From Harriotta raleighana (lineage: Eukaryota), in assembly GCA_050575255.1 (NCBI GenBank), contig JBNZDD010013719.1, positions 3,463,572-3,527,571 on the forward strand: a DNA stretch of 64,000 nt, in the 5' to 3' direction. The translations under genes were made by a program, and so were the position numbers. This document shows, piece by piece, positions 1-12,900 of this stretch. Under the pieces are notes generated by a model, which was not told the DNA's origin, searched no databases, and was given only the letters and a program-made list of their open reading frames with translations. The stretch's first letter is position 1. Every line of letters begins with the position of its first letter.

Positions 1-840
1 CCCGAACATTTCCCCCTGCTCGGGTCTTAAATCATCTGTCCAGCGCCTTGGGACGTCCTCCTGACGTGAAACGCGCTCTATAAATGTAATTTTGTTGTTG
101 TTGTTGCTTTGAGACTCTCACCGACGTAATAAAACTCCATATCAAATGCAAATGGAAGAATTGTTATTATTAAAGAGTTTATCTCCCTGTCACAGGCTTT
201 CTCATAATGTGTTGAGGCACTGTAATAATAAAAATAATCCTTGTATTTGATACAGCACCTTATATTTTTGAGACATCTCAAAGCACTTCACAGTATATAC
301 TGCATGCTTTGTGGATAAAATACTGCACCGAATTTTGCATAGTGGTGTCCCACAAACAGTTATTATATATTTTTGAAGAGATTATTATTAATAATAAGAG
401 AAAGCAATCCATCAATCGATCAACATTCTTATTTCTGGGTTCTTACTTCCTACTAGGTAAACAGAGGCATGTGGGTGTGTGGGTGGGTTGGGGAGTAAGG
501 AAGCTTGCCAAAGGTTTAATAATAATAATATGAGCTTTATCAAGTGTCAAAGCTCTACATGGGATACTGTAATGTGGAGGGACTGTATATTTTGTGGGCG
601 AATGAGGCACCCGCTTTGCATACACCAATATTGCACAAATAGTTGGGATGTGAGTGACCAATTTTAGAGGATTGATAGCCAGGATTCCGGGAGACAGAAA
701 CTCCCTTTTCCTTGAATCCACCTGAATAGGCATATTGGACTTCGGTTTAACCTCTCATCCTGCATAATAATAATAATTATTATCCAACCCTCTGGTTAAT
801 CTGAGGGTCTCTTTGAGTACGCTCGGACGCTCACTCTTAC

Positions 841-951
841 CTGCTGCTCAGCGCCAACCAGCTCATGCTCTACGGCCTCGTGCTTGCGGAGCTGAGCCTG
901 TACTCCACGCAGGTCCTTGGCTATATCATCAGGAATGCTGGCTTGTTTCTC
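841..951 (-). CDS. SPTBN5: SPTBN5 coding exon 32 (last seen in window)
   Basis: [37 protein letters not shown]|gtaaga. Confidence 0.88.
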
Positions 952-3900
952 CTGTATGAGAGACAATGAAAGCAATGTGAAAACTGTGCAACCTACGCCG
1001 CTGCCACATTCTGCCGTCAACTGCCGGAGCAAAGCTTCCCGCACTCCATCATGCGTTTCTTCTGATAAACAGCATGTAGAAATTTTGTCTGCTCACTCCC
1101 CTCACGCTCCTCGCTCCACTCACTCCCCCCATTCACTCTCCTCTCACTCCCCACACACATGCTTAGTAGGTCGCACACTCACACACTAGGCACATACCTC
1201 AATATGGCTGAGAGCGTCATTAAGCTCTCGGATACACTTGTGGACCTGCTCAGCCATCCTCAGCCTCCGACTTCGGTCCTGGCTCATATCCAGCAGCCGA
1301 GACCACAGCTCCCTGAAACAGTCACCGCATGTGAGAGTGTGAAATTGTGTGTCCGTGAGAGAGCCCGTCTACATGTGTGTATTCCATTAACTTGGGATGT
1401 CCTTCCTACGTGAAAGGTGCGATACATATGTCATTTTTTGTTTGTTGTGACTGTGTGTGTGAGTGAGTGTGTGCTGGGGGGTAAAGGAATCTTCTGTATC
1501 GCTGTACAGTATAAAGATTTCACTGAAACCCAAAGTAACTGAGTGGCTGTTCTCTCTGCTGGCCTCCAGCCATGAGAGACAGACAAAGTTTTCCCTCTAC
1601 AAGCAGTCTGATATGCTATCGGTGTGGAGGGTGCTATATAAGTGTAAGTTGGTGTGGTTGCCCATGTGTCACAGAGCCTGAGCTCCACTGATTCCGCCCT
1701 GGCTTCCCCTACCAGCCCCACCTGCCCCACCCTCCCTTACCAGTTCTTCCCCTACATCCCTAGTCCCCAGCCCCTGCAACTTCGCCCTCCTTCGCCCTCT
1801 ACCGCTTACAATAACTGCCCCCCCCTTCCTCTCCCCCTCGCTCATGGTCAGCCTCCGACACTGTGAAATGCCTGGGGTGTCACCCCTTGTGAAGGCCTCT
1901 ATATATACGCAAGTTGTGGTTGATTTAATAATCAAAAAAAAACAATACTAAAATTGGTCATTTCAATCCACAGTTGTTTGTGGGACACTGTTATGCGCAA
2001 TCGGCTGCCGCGTTTCGCCCACAAATATACAGTCAATTCTCTTTACAGTATAGTCTATGAAGCGCTTTGAGAAGTCTAGAAGATGTGAAAAGCGCTATAT
2101 TGAATGCAAGGATTATTACTATTATCATTATTGATTTGGAGACTGAGGCTCGCTGCCGTGTTACAGACAGTGAGGTGAGCAGATACCTGAGTGCCTTCTG
2201 TTTCTCCGCAATCTCCTGTGACTTGGAATGTCCCTGCTCCAACATGGTCTTGACCAGGGCCTGGCACGCGAGGATCTGCTCCTCCCCAGAGTCCACCTTG
2301 TGCTGGAACACCTCGTACAGAGCCAGCAGATGCTGACAACACAGATTAAGTCAGTCAGCTCACCATTACCCATCACACAGCACAGAGCACCGATGAGCAT
2401 CAATGTCATTAGCCTGTCACACCTGGAAACCGGTCACTGTGATGGGTCACTACCTGACAGTCGTGGAGATTTGTCACTGTGATCAGCCGGTGTCCGTCAA
2501 ACACCAGAAAGCTGTCACCCTGATCAACCAGGGGTCTGACACACACACACAGAAAACCCATCACCGTAATCAGCTAGGTATCTGACACACACAGAAACCC
2601 ATGATCAGATAGCTGGTTGTCTGACCTTAGAGAAAAATGGGAAAGTTTGGGAAGGAGACAGGAACCGCAGGACAGGAGGAGATGTGAATCTTTGGAAGAA
2701 AGACAGGAATCTCGGGGGATGGGTGTGGGGGGAGGGGTATAGTGATCGTGATAGTTACCAGCACGTGTTCGTAGTCCGAGCCGTAGTCCTGGGAGGCAGC
2801 CGTCTGCAGTTGCTGTGTGATTCTCTGCTCCAGCTCCTCACACTCCCGCATGTACTCATGCCATTGCAAAGTCTCCGTCAGCTTCACCATCCTGGAACAC
2901 AGTCACCAGGCAGACAGTCACCGTCAAGCACATAGTGGGATCCGTAGGCTCTGGGTGGGCACATGGTAGGGCGAGCAGTCACCAAGCACGCAAATGGTGG
3001 AACGAGCAGGCTCTGGGAGGGCAGTCAACAGGCAGGCACATCGTGAAATGGGCATGCATTGGGTAGGCAGTCATTGGGTGGCAGTCACTGGGTGACCACT
3101 AGGTGGGTTGGGTGGGCGGGCGGGGGTGGGTGGGGTGTGCTCACCTGGACGTACACAGCTCCTGCAGTCTAACCAGCTTCCTGCGCACCTGCTCCTGGGG
3201 CCCGTCCACCATGTCAAAACCAATCACCCCCCGCAGTGGGAGGTCCATCGCCTCCTGCTCCAGTCTCTGCTGCAGCTGAGCGTGGACCTGCACATCACTG
3301 GCCAGTGCCTGAGACACAGCGTGAGACAGAGAGAGTGAGTGATAGAGAGAGAAAGTGTATAAGAGAGAGAGAAATTATAGTGAATCCTGAGAGAAGAATA
3401 GATTCTCAGACTGACACAGTGCAGGAGTTTTCCATGGACATACCCTGTGGTTTTTGAGCAGGGTTTCAGTGGCAGCTTCGTTCTTCCCATAATCCTCGCT
3501 GGATCCCAGAGGCAGCTTCTCAGTCACCCAGACCTCCAGCTCCGCAGCATCGACCAAGAACTGAGATCAGAAAGAGAGAGAGAGAGAGAGCGAAAGAGAG
3601 GTAGGAAGTCAGAGAGTGAATGCTTGGTATCTCATTCCTGCCCCTCTCCCCAGCGTGTTCATGCAGCCTGCCTTCACCTGATGGAAGCGGACGGTGTGTT
3701 GCAGTTTGCTCCTGCGCTCCTCGTAGCCACTTTCCAGTTCTTGCCAGACCTTCTCCAGCTCCCGCCGTTTGCCAGCAATGCTATCCGCGCTGGGGTGTTG
3801 CTCGGCCATCATTCGGACTCCTTTGTCCAACACCTTCTGCATCTGAGACTTGTGAGTGTTCACCTCCAGCTGCAACTCCTGCACCCGAGCAAAGGTCAGC

Positions 3901-6900
3901 CATCAGCAAGCATTCTCCCCGGCAGCCCAGCCTCCAGCCCCATCCCCCTGACCACCCTGAATCCATCTACCTTCACAGCCCCTCCACCTCAACCACCCCA
4001 ACAGCCAACCCCACCTGCCCAATCCACCTCCCCAGTTGGGTTACCCTCTGTTTGTGCAGTAGGCTTCGAGCGGTGTCCAGGGAGCGGCCATAGTTACTGG
4101 AGGTGGCCGCCGCCATGCGTTCCGACACCCAGGTCATCTCCAGCTCAGTGACATGATAGAACTCGTACAGAGTCACTGCAGCCTCCAGCAGCCTTCGCCG
4201 TTGCTTCAGGGGAAGCTGCAGGGACTGGAACCTAGTGAGAGGAACAGAGACAGCGACTGACAGTCACATGAGATCATCCAGCAAATACACTGCACTGCGC
4301 GAGAGATCGAAGGGTGGAGGGAGGGAGGGAAAGTGGGAGGGAAGGAGGAAAGGTAAAAGAGAATGAGAGAGCGAAGGAGGTAGCAAGGGAGGGAGCAAGA
4401 GGTAAGGTGTTAGGAGTGAGAGACGGAGCGAGGAGTGTGGGCCTCACCAATCCAGGTGATTCTGAGTCTGCTGCAGGATGCTCTGGGAGTTGAAGTGGTT
4501 TGTGGCGATGGAGCGTGCCCGGTTCATAATCCCGTTCATCTTGTCAGCCAGAAAGCCCATCTCAGCCTCTAGCCGCGTGTGCTCCTTCAGCAGAGTGCGG
4601 CTGGACCGCAGGTCTGAGCCCACCATCCGCTCATGCAACATCGCTTCGATCCGCTTCAGCTTCACTCTCAAGTCCTGGCAACACCACAACCATAGTTAGA
4701 TTTCAGACACCCGCAGCGCGACCAGCATCACCCACACAGCAACTGGCATCACGCACACAGTGACTGGTATTAGACATACACAGCGACTAGTGTCTCACTC
4801 TCTCACACACACACTGACCAGCATCAGACAACCACACAGTGACTGGCTTCACATACATACACACACACACACAGACTTGCGTCAGACATGTGCACAGCGA
4901 CCAGCGACACAGCGACGCACAGTGACCCGCTTCACACACGCACGCGCACACATATACACAGAGCGACAGGCATCACACACGCAATGACCAATGTCAAATA
5001 CCCTCACAGGCCACTCACCTGTAACAGCTCCATCAGTTGCTCCTGTTGCCCAGCTTGCCGGAGTTTGTCTCCTCTATCCGCCATCTTACTGTTCAGCTCA
5101 CTCCACCTCCTGATCAGCTCCTCCAGATGAGATTCCACTTGCTTTTTGGCGTAATGGTTTTCCCGAATGAGTTCCTGTCCAGCCTAGAGACAACCATGGA
5201 AAGAATGAGCCCGACCCCAGAACAACCCTGCACATAAATCTGCTTTATCCCTGTCCCCTTTCCCTCCTCTCTGCAGCCCTCTCTGCCCCTGGCCTGCCCT
5301 TTCTGGGGTAATGTTTCCAAGGTACTAATTCGCTTCCCGATTACCACAGTCCTCGCCAGACTGTCTCAGAGCGGATCAATTTCAAGATCCTCAAGCTTGT
5401 TTTCAAATCCTTCCACTTCTCTGCACCCCCACTACCTCTCTGATCTCCTCTTTCCTCACAACAGTACCCGTTGGCTTCGCTCTATTGGGTCTGGTCTCCT
5501 TTTTATCCCCCAAATCCTCCGTTCCACTGGGTGATTGTCGACCAGGTCACACTGGATGCAGCAATTTTCATGTCAGGACTTGTCAAGTGCTTCACAGGAT
5601 TCAGTATAAACTCTCTGTGTCACTCACCATCCGCAAACCCTCCACCTGCACCTGGTTGGCTAACATCTCTTTTTCGACAGCCTCATGACGCTTGAGTTTT
5701 TGCAGGATGTTGTTCGGGTCCCGGTAAGATTCGTCGGAAGCAATCTCATACTTTTCATTGATCCACATCTGGAGCTCGGCGGCATCTCGGTTAAACTCCT
5801 GGAGCAAGAAAAACAGATCAGGAAGGGGAACAGGAAATAGGAAATAGATGGAGAATGAGGGAGAGAGAAGAGAGAATTCCAGTTGCTCAGTCAGTAGAGC
5901 ACTCGCCTCATGAGTTTGATTCCTGAGGTAGGGCGAAATATTGGGAAAGATTCCTTAATCCACGGCGAGCAGTAAATAGGAACCCAGTTGTTGGTCAGTA
6001 GTCAGATCGCTTTTCCGGAGGTAATAATTCCTTTAAAAAATTCACTCAATCCACTGTTTGTGGTTCACTGCTGTGGCTATCAGCTGTTGCATTTCACTCA
6101 CAAAATATTTAAATTCAGTACATTCTGTGAAGTGCTTTGAGATGTCTCACAGATGTGATAACGAGCTAAATCAAATGCAAGGATTATCATTGTTAAAGGA
6201 GAGTGTGGAGAAGATTACACCCACACTTATAGGGAGACTGAAAGAGAAGAGAGGGTTAGTGAGAGAGAGACATTCAGAGGAGAGCACCGTGAGTGACCCA
6301 ACTCCATGGGGAATCCCAGGAGGCAGCAAGAATGGGGCCGAGAGGAAGAGGTTGAGCTTGTTAAAGCCAGGGATTGGAGACTGGGAGCTGTGTGCTGGAG
6401 ACTGTGAGCTGGAGACTGTGGGTTGTGCTGGGGGCTGGGCACTATACCTGGAATTTATATGATGCAGAGAGGAAATTGCGTCGCTCTTTACAACTACGCT
6501 TCATCTCACTCTGTCGCTCCTGGATTATGTTCACCCGCTTCTGGATCCTGGAGTCAAGAGAGCACAAATTACACATTGAATCCAGTCACTGACCCACTTA
6601 TTGTGACATCTGCCCTGTCACTGTCACACCTGCCCTGATACACTCACTGTCACATCTACTTTATCACTGTCATAGCTAACTTGACACACTCACTGTCACA
6701 CCTGCCCTGACACAATCACTGACACATCCACTTTGTCACAGTCACTGTCACAGTCACTGTCACACCCACCCTGTCACACACTGTCACACCTGCACCGACA
6801 CACTCACTGTCACACCTGCCCTAACCCAGTTAACGGACACGTACGTGTCACTGCCATAGTTTCCGCTCTGGATGGTTTTTCTCGCCATGTTCTGAAGCTC

Positions 6901-9900
6901 CTGTATGCGCTGGTCTGTCAATCTCAGCATTTTCTCAAACTCCTCGTGTCTCTTCAGCAAGCTGCTTACAGTGCCCACTGTGTCCTGAAATACAGCAGAG
7001 ATCCTACGGCTCAGACATGGTCACCAGAAACTCATGCTCTCAGTCGCTTGCACTGGAAACACACTGACCAGTGTCAGCCTGGCCAAATTGGTTGCGCTCT
7101 CACCTCTGAGTCAACAAGTTGTGGGTTCAAGCCTCAAATTCAACCCACTGTGACATTGAGGTCACAGCCTAGGTTGACACTCCAGTGCAGTGATAGGGGA
7201 GCGTTGTAATGTCAAGAGCTGTTGACCTCTGACTGTTCATATGGTCAACAATCCACCACACTCACTGGGCCTTCAATTCATGGCTGTTTGTAAAACATTG
7301 CTGCATACCAATTGAATGCCAAATTCTCTCACAAAACATGCAGTCATAACATACTACCCACACACGGAGATTAACTCTTACCCCAAGGTCACTGATCCTC
7401 AGGAAGGCATCATGTCCAGATAGTGTGGCCTCGATACGGTCGGCCTCACGGTTAAACTGTTGCAGCTGCAGACCCTCTTCCAGTTTCCGGTTGCGTTGCC
7501 TCCACGCTCCCGCCAGCTCCTCCTGAGCCTCACGAAGCCTCACCAGCATCTGAGCCGTCTCACCCCCTAAACTGGCCCGGGCCACGGCCTCACACCTTCC
7601 AAGCTCCTCCATCTCACGGAACCTAAGACAGAGCAAAATCTTTAGCACCTCGGTGATGACTGACCTCTGAGCTCCCTGCAGACGCACGGGGTGCAGCCCA
7701 GCATCCTGCGCTCGCGACTCGCAACTTCGGTAGCGGCAGTGGTTACAGTTTCGGTTCCGATCGTGATAGTGGTTACGGTAGCGGCGGCGGCACCTAACCC
7801 TCCTGTGCCGCCCAATGCCATGGAAGATGGGTAGGGTGGGGCTGTGCAATCTTGGGGGGAAGTGGGGTGTAGCGATGAGCTTGTGTGGGGGTGAGCTCAG
7901 GGGAGGTAGGTGGTGAGAGAATCTTGGGGAAGAAATGGAGGAATCTGAGTATGGGGGGGAAGCTGGGGGAGAGCTTGAGGGTGGAGCTGGGGTTGATCTT
8001 AGGGTGATCGGGGTGGGGACCTTGGGGAGGGGCACATAGGGAGTCTTACATGGGGTCTTACTTGGATTTTTGTGCATTAATCTCTGTCAAGATGTGGCGA
8101 TGTTCTTTCAGCAGCATGTTGGCGGAGGTGACATCGAGACCGGTCTCCGAGCTCTGTAACCGGGCCATGATGGTGGACGCCCACACTAGCAGCTCACGGC
8201 TCTCCTGCAGGAACAGTTGCTGCTTGTCTGAGTCTAATAGCAGCCGCTTTCTCTGCTTCACCTGCTTCTTCAACCTCCACAGCAGCTGCTCCATCTCACT
8301 GACCTTCGCCATGATCACCTCGCTTTCCGCCGGGTTTGTCTGCTTGATGCTGAAGCCAGAAACACACAGCATTAACTTTAGCCCTGTGCACTACAACGTT
8401 ACATTCGTAAAGTGCGTTTCACATCCGAAGATATGCCAAGGGACTGAANTTGACACTCCAGTGCAGTGATAGGGGAGCGTTGTAATGTCAAGAGCTGTTG
8501 ACCTCTGACTGTTCATATGGTCAACAATCCACCACACTCACTGGGCCTTCAATTCATGGCTGTTTGTAAAACATTGCTGCATACCAATTGAATGCCAAAT
8601 TCTCTCACAAAACATGCAGTCATAACATACTACCCACACACGGAGATTAACTCTTACCCCAAGGTCACTGATCCTCAGGAAGGCATCATGTCCAGATAGT
8701 GTGGCCTCGATACGGTCGGCCTCACGGTTAAACTGTTGCAGCTGCAGACCCTCTTCCAGTTTCCGGTTGCGTTGCCTCCACGCTCCCGCCAGCTCCTCCT
8801 GAGCCTCACGAAGCCTCACCAGCATCTGAGCCGTCTCACCCCCTAAACTGGCCCGGGCCACGGCCTCACACCTTCCAAGCTCCTCCATCTCACGGAACCT
8901 AAGACAGAGCAAAATCTTTAGCACCTCGGTGATGACTGACCTCTGAGCTCCCTGCAGACGCACGGGGTGCAGCCCAGCATCCTGCGCTCGCGACTCGCAA
9001 CTTCGGTAGCGGCAGTGGTTACAGTTTCGGTTCCGATCGTGATAGTGGTTACGGTAGCGGCGGCGGCACCTAACCCTCCTGTGCCGCCCAATGCCATGGA
9101 AGATGGGTAGGGTGGGGCTGTGCAATCTTGGGGGGAAGTGGGGTGTAGCGATGAGCTTGTGTGGGGGTGAGCTCAGGGGAGGTAGGTGGTGAGAGAATCT
9201 TGGGGAAGAAATGGAGGAATCTGAGTATGGGGGGGAAGCTGGGGGAGAGCTTGAGGGTGGAGCTGGGGTTGATCTTAGGGTGATCGGGGTGGGGACCTTG
9301 GGGAGGGGCACATAGGGAGTCTTACATGGGGTCTTACTTGGATTTTTGTGCATTAATCTCTGTCAAGATGTGGCGATGTTCTTTCAGCAGCATGTTGGCG
9401 GAGGTGACATCGAGACCGGTCTCCGAGCTCTGTAACCGGGCCATGATGGTGGACGCCCACACTAGCAGCTCACGGCTCTCCTGCAGGAACAGTTGCTGCT
9501 TGTCTGAGTCTAATAGCAGCCGCTTTCTCTGCTTCACCTGCTTCTTCAACCTCCACAGCAGCTGCTCCATCTCACTGACCTTCGCCATGATCACCTCGCT
9601 TTCCGCCGGGTTTGTCTGCTTGATGCTGAAGCCAGAAACACACAGCATTAACTTTAGCCCTGTGCACTACAACGTTACATTCGTAAAGTGCGTTTCACAT
9701 CCGAAGATATGCCAAGGGACTGAACAGTCAGGGGTTAGGACCCGAGCGGGTAGGGTAGGAGGGTGGCTGAAGACACTTTCAAAGAGGAGGGTCTTGAAGC
9801 ATGCAAGGGAGGGAGCATTGTGAAGGGAATGTCGGGAGGAGTTCCAGAGGGTGGGGCAGATAGGCTGAAACTCTGACCGCCAATGGTGAGGTAGGTTAGG

Positions 9901-12900
9901 GTGGGGACATGGAGCAAGCTGCATCCTGCTGAGCAGAAGGAACAGACAGAGTGATAAGGGGTTAGCAAAGAGGTATGGGGGTGGGCAAGACTATGGAACA
10001 TCTTGAAGGTGAAGAAGAGGATTTTAAACTTAATGCTCTGAGGCATGGGGAGCCAGTGGAACTGGGCGAGGATGGCTGTGATGGGGTCACAGAGCCTGAT
10101 GCAGGAGAAGATATGAACTGCAAAGTTCTGGATGATCTGCAGCTTGTGGAGGGAAGAGTTGCGAAGGGTGACAAGCAGGGAATTGGCATAGTTCAGTCAG
10201 GTAAGCAGGGTGTGTCCCATACATACATCCGGTGATGGGTTTCCAAGTGTGTCAGACTGATGTGGCTGATCACAGTAATGGGTTTTGGTGTGTGTAGGAA
10301 ACACGGCTGATCACTGTGATGGCTTTCCATATGTCAGATATCCAACTGATCAGTGTGATGGACTTTCATGCGTTGCAAACCCAGGACTAAGAATAACAAT
10401 ACGTACGATTTGGCCACTTTCTTGAGGTATTCAATCCTGGCCTCCAGGGTGTGGATGTCTCGCTCTGCCCCAGCTGTTATCTTGAAATCCCGATCGAACT
10501 CCTTGGAGAACAGGGTAATTTGATCCTCGAGCAATGTAGTGGTTTCCTGACAGCTGTAGAGGAAGGTCTTCATATCTGCTGTCCCAATCAGCTCTCTCCC
10601 CTTCTCCTCCTTCAGCGCCAGCATCACCTCCCACCTGTAAGCACGCAGCAACTGAGTACCCGCCCTTCCCGGTAGCGCAGAATAAAATGACAATAATCAT
10701 GGCATTCGATATTCTTATCATGTCTTTGAAACATCTCGAACACTCCACAAAACGTATTGTAAAATGGATCGACTGTATTTTGTGGATGAAATGTGGCAGG
10801 CAATTGTGTACAATAGTGTCCCATAAACAGTTATAAATTGAGTGCGCAAATATTTTTTGAGGATTATGCCCAGAAAGTGATTGGCCAATTGATGAACATT
10901 TGAGTTAGAGTAGTGCCTTACTGCTTGGTAAATACAACAAACAAGATTAGATTTATAGATCGCCTTTCACATGGGGAGGATGTTATTGGGGGATTTCCAT
11001 GTCGGTGCTTGGGGGATGAGTGGAGCGCTGTGTGTGAGTGCTGTGGGGGATAGCACTATGGGGGGTAGGTGTGGGTGGGGTCATGATCATTGTCAGGGGA
11101 AGCGCTGTGAGAAGTTGAACTGTTTGGGTGTGAGAGTGCTATGGGAGGGGTGATTGCAGTGGGTGGATGTGAATTTTGTAGGCATGGGGAGCACTATAGT
11201 GGGGTGTGCGTATCCTATGTGCGGTTGGGGTGATTGGGCACTGTAGAGTGTGAGTGCTGTAGGGGATGAGCTGTGTGAGGTGTTAAGTGCTATTTATATA
11301 TATGATGATGTGCAGGTGAGCCTTGTGTATGTGTGTGTTTGGAGGGATGTTCCGTGTGGGGGTATTGGGGGGTGGGGAGGGGAGCACTGTAGTAGGTGGT
11401 TCCTACGGAGAGATGTTCCCTGTGGGGGCACTGTTAGGGGTGTTCCTGGTGGGGTGTCGGAATGAGGGTGAGCGCTGTAGGGGTGAGCGCGTAGTGGGGG
11501 TGTTCTCTGTGAGGGTGTTCACTATGGGGGGGGGTGAGCATTGGGGGATGTGCAGCTGTGATAGTACTGTTGATGAATGTCTCGTTGTTTCTCTCGGATC
11601 TCCTTCTCTTTGCTGTGTCCACTTCTGATCAGCTCCTCCACCTGTTGGTTGATCTCCTCCAGTCTACCCTTCCCCGCAGCCAGTTCCACCAGGAAGTTCT
11701 AAAACACAACAAACTTTAGTGCAGCTCCAAGATACCATACAAGCCCAAAGATAAACTCAGCCGCTCGAACTCTAATCTCCGAAATGAGAGGTTGCTGGTT
11801 CAATCCCAATATTGGGGACCTTGAGCTCACAGTCTAGACCACTGTACGGTCTCTGGGTTCTGGTGAGACCCTTGTTTCACAGTGACCAGAATTGTCTACA
11901 ATTTTCAAGGCCTGACTAATATATTGTGCAGCCTGAGTATGATGTCTGGGGATTTTAACTCAACTGATTCAGCAATATATCTCAGCATCTTGTTTCCTTG
12001 CCTTGCCCCTCTCCCCCCAGCTCAGCCTTATTCTTTGCCACTGTCTTGGACACTAATTTACATGAGACGCTACACACTGTTTTAACATTGTGGGTGTTGA
12101 GTCAATTGACATAAGAAGCAGCTTGATATTGTGATGGAGGACAAGTGGTCATTAAAAAATAATCCTTACATTTGCTATATCCCCATTATATCGGGTGGAT
12201 GTCCTAAAGCACAATGCGGGAGTAAGTGCGAAAGTGAGGGTGAGAGAGTGTGAGGGAGGCCACACTGCTACGTAAACTTACCTCATATTTTCTCTGCATG
12301 ATCTCCACATTGTCTGATTTAGCCTCAAAAGTTTTGAAAACATTCTCTTTGTCTCTCATCCATGACTGGAAATCATCGCACGTATGATACAGTCTATATA
12401 GGCGCACCATCTCCTCTAGATTGAGGCGTCTGGCCTAGAGCATAGCAGTGGGAGAGTGGGGGCACAAAGAGAAATAAATGACAATCAAATTGATAATAAA
12501 CTGGGCTGCATTTTATCAATGACAATATCAATGTGGAACTGAGGATGTCTCAAAACGTTTGTTGAAATCATTGAACAAAGAGAGAGGATGTGTGCAACTA
12601 ATTCACAAAGAGAGACAAGGAGGTGGAAATAGAGAGGTGGCGAGAGAGGGAGGGAGAGGAGGGCAGGGGTAGGAGAGAGGAGTGGCACAGAGAGAGGCGG
12701 AGGCAAGTGGGAGGGACAAGTGGGGAGGGAGGCGGGGAGCAAGGAGGAAGGTGGGGAGTGGGGGTGGAACTGGACAGCATGGGAGGGAGATGTTGAGCGG
12801 GAGTGAGGAGGGGAGCTTGGAGATGAATGGGAGTCACCAGATGGGAATCGGGGAAGGGAGAGGAGGAGGGAGAAGGGAGCGAGGAGGAGGAAGAGGGGAG

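Larger units (their letters stand above)
7174..9724. repeat. Apparently exact 1275-bp tandem duplication (7174-8448 = 8450-9724) separated by one N; probable assembly overlap artefact
   Basis: Identical ORFs at a 1276-nt offset; N at 8449; both copies start ttgacactccagtg and end gggactgaa. Confidence 0.9.

Noticed and set aside
3447-4151. 234-aa + strand ORF and similar ORFs antisense to SPTBN5 exons
   Set aside because: These are shadow ORFs of GC-rich exons and short introns with no recognisable motifs.
8538-9353. 271-aa ORF (and its duplicate) running through SPTBN5 intron 18 into exon 19
   Set aside because: The N-terminal part is low-complexity intron translation, and intron retention in the exon 18 frame hits TAA immediately.
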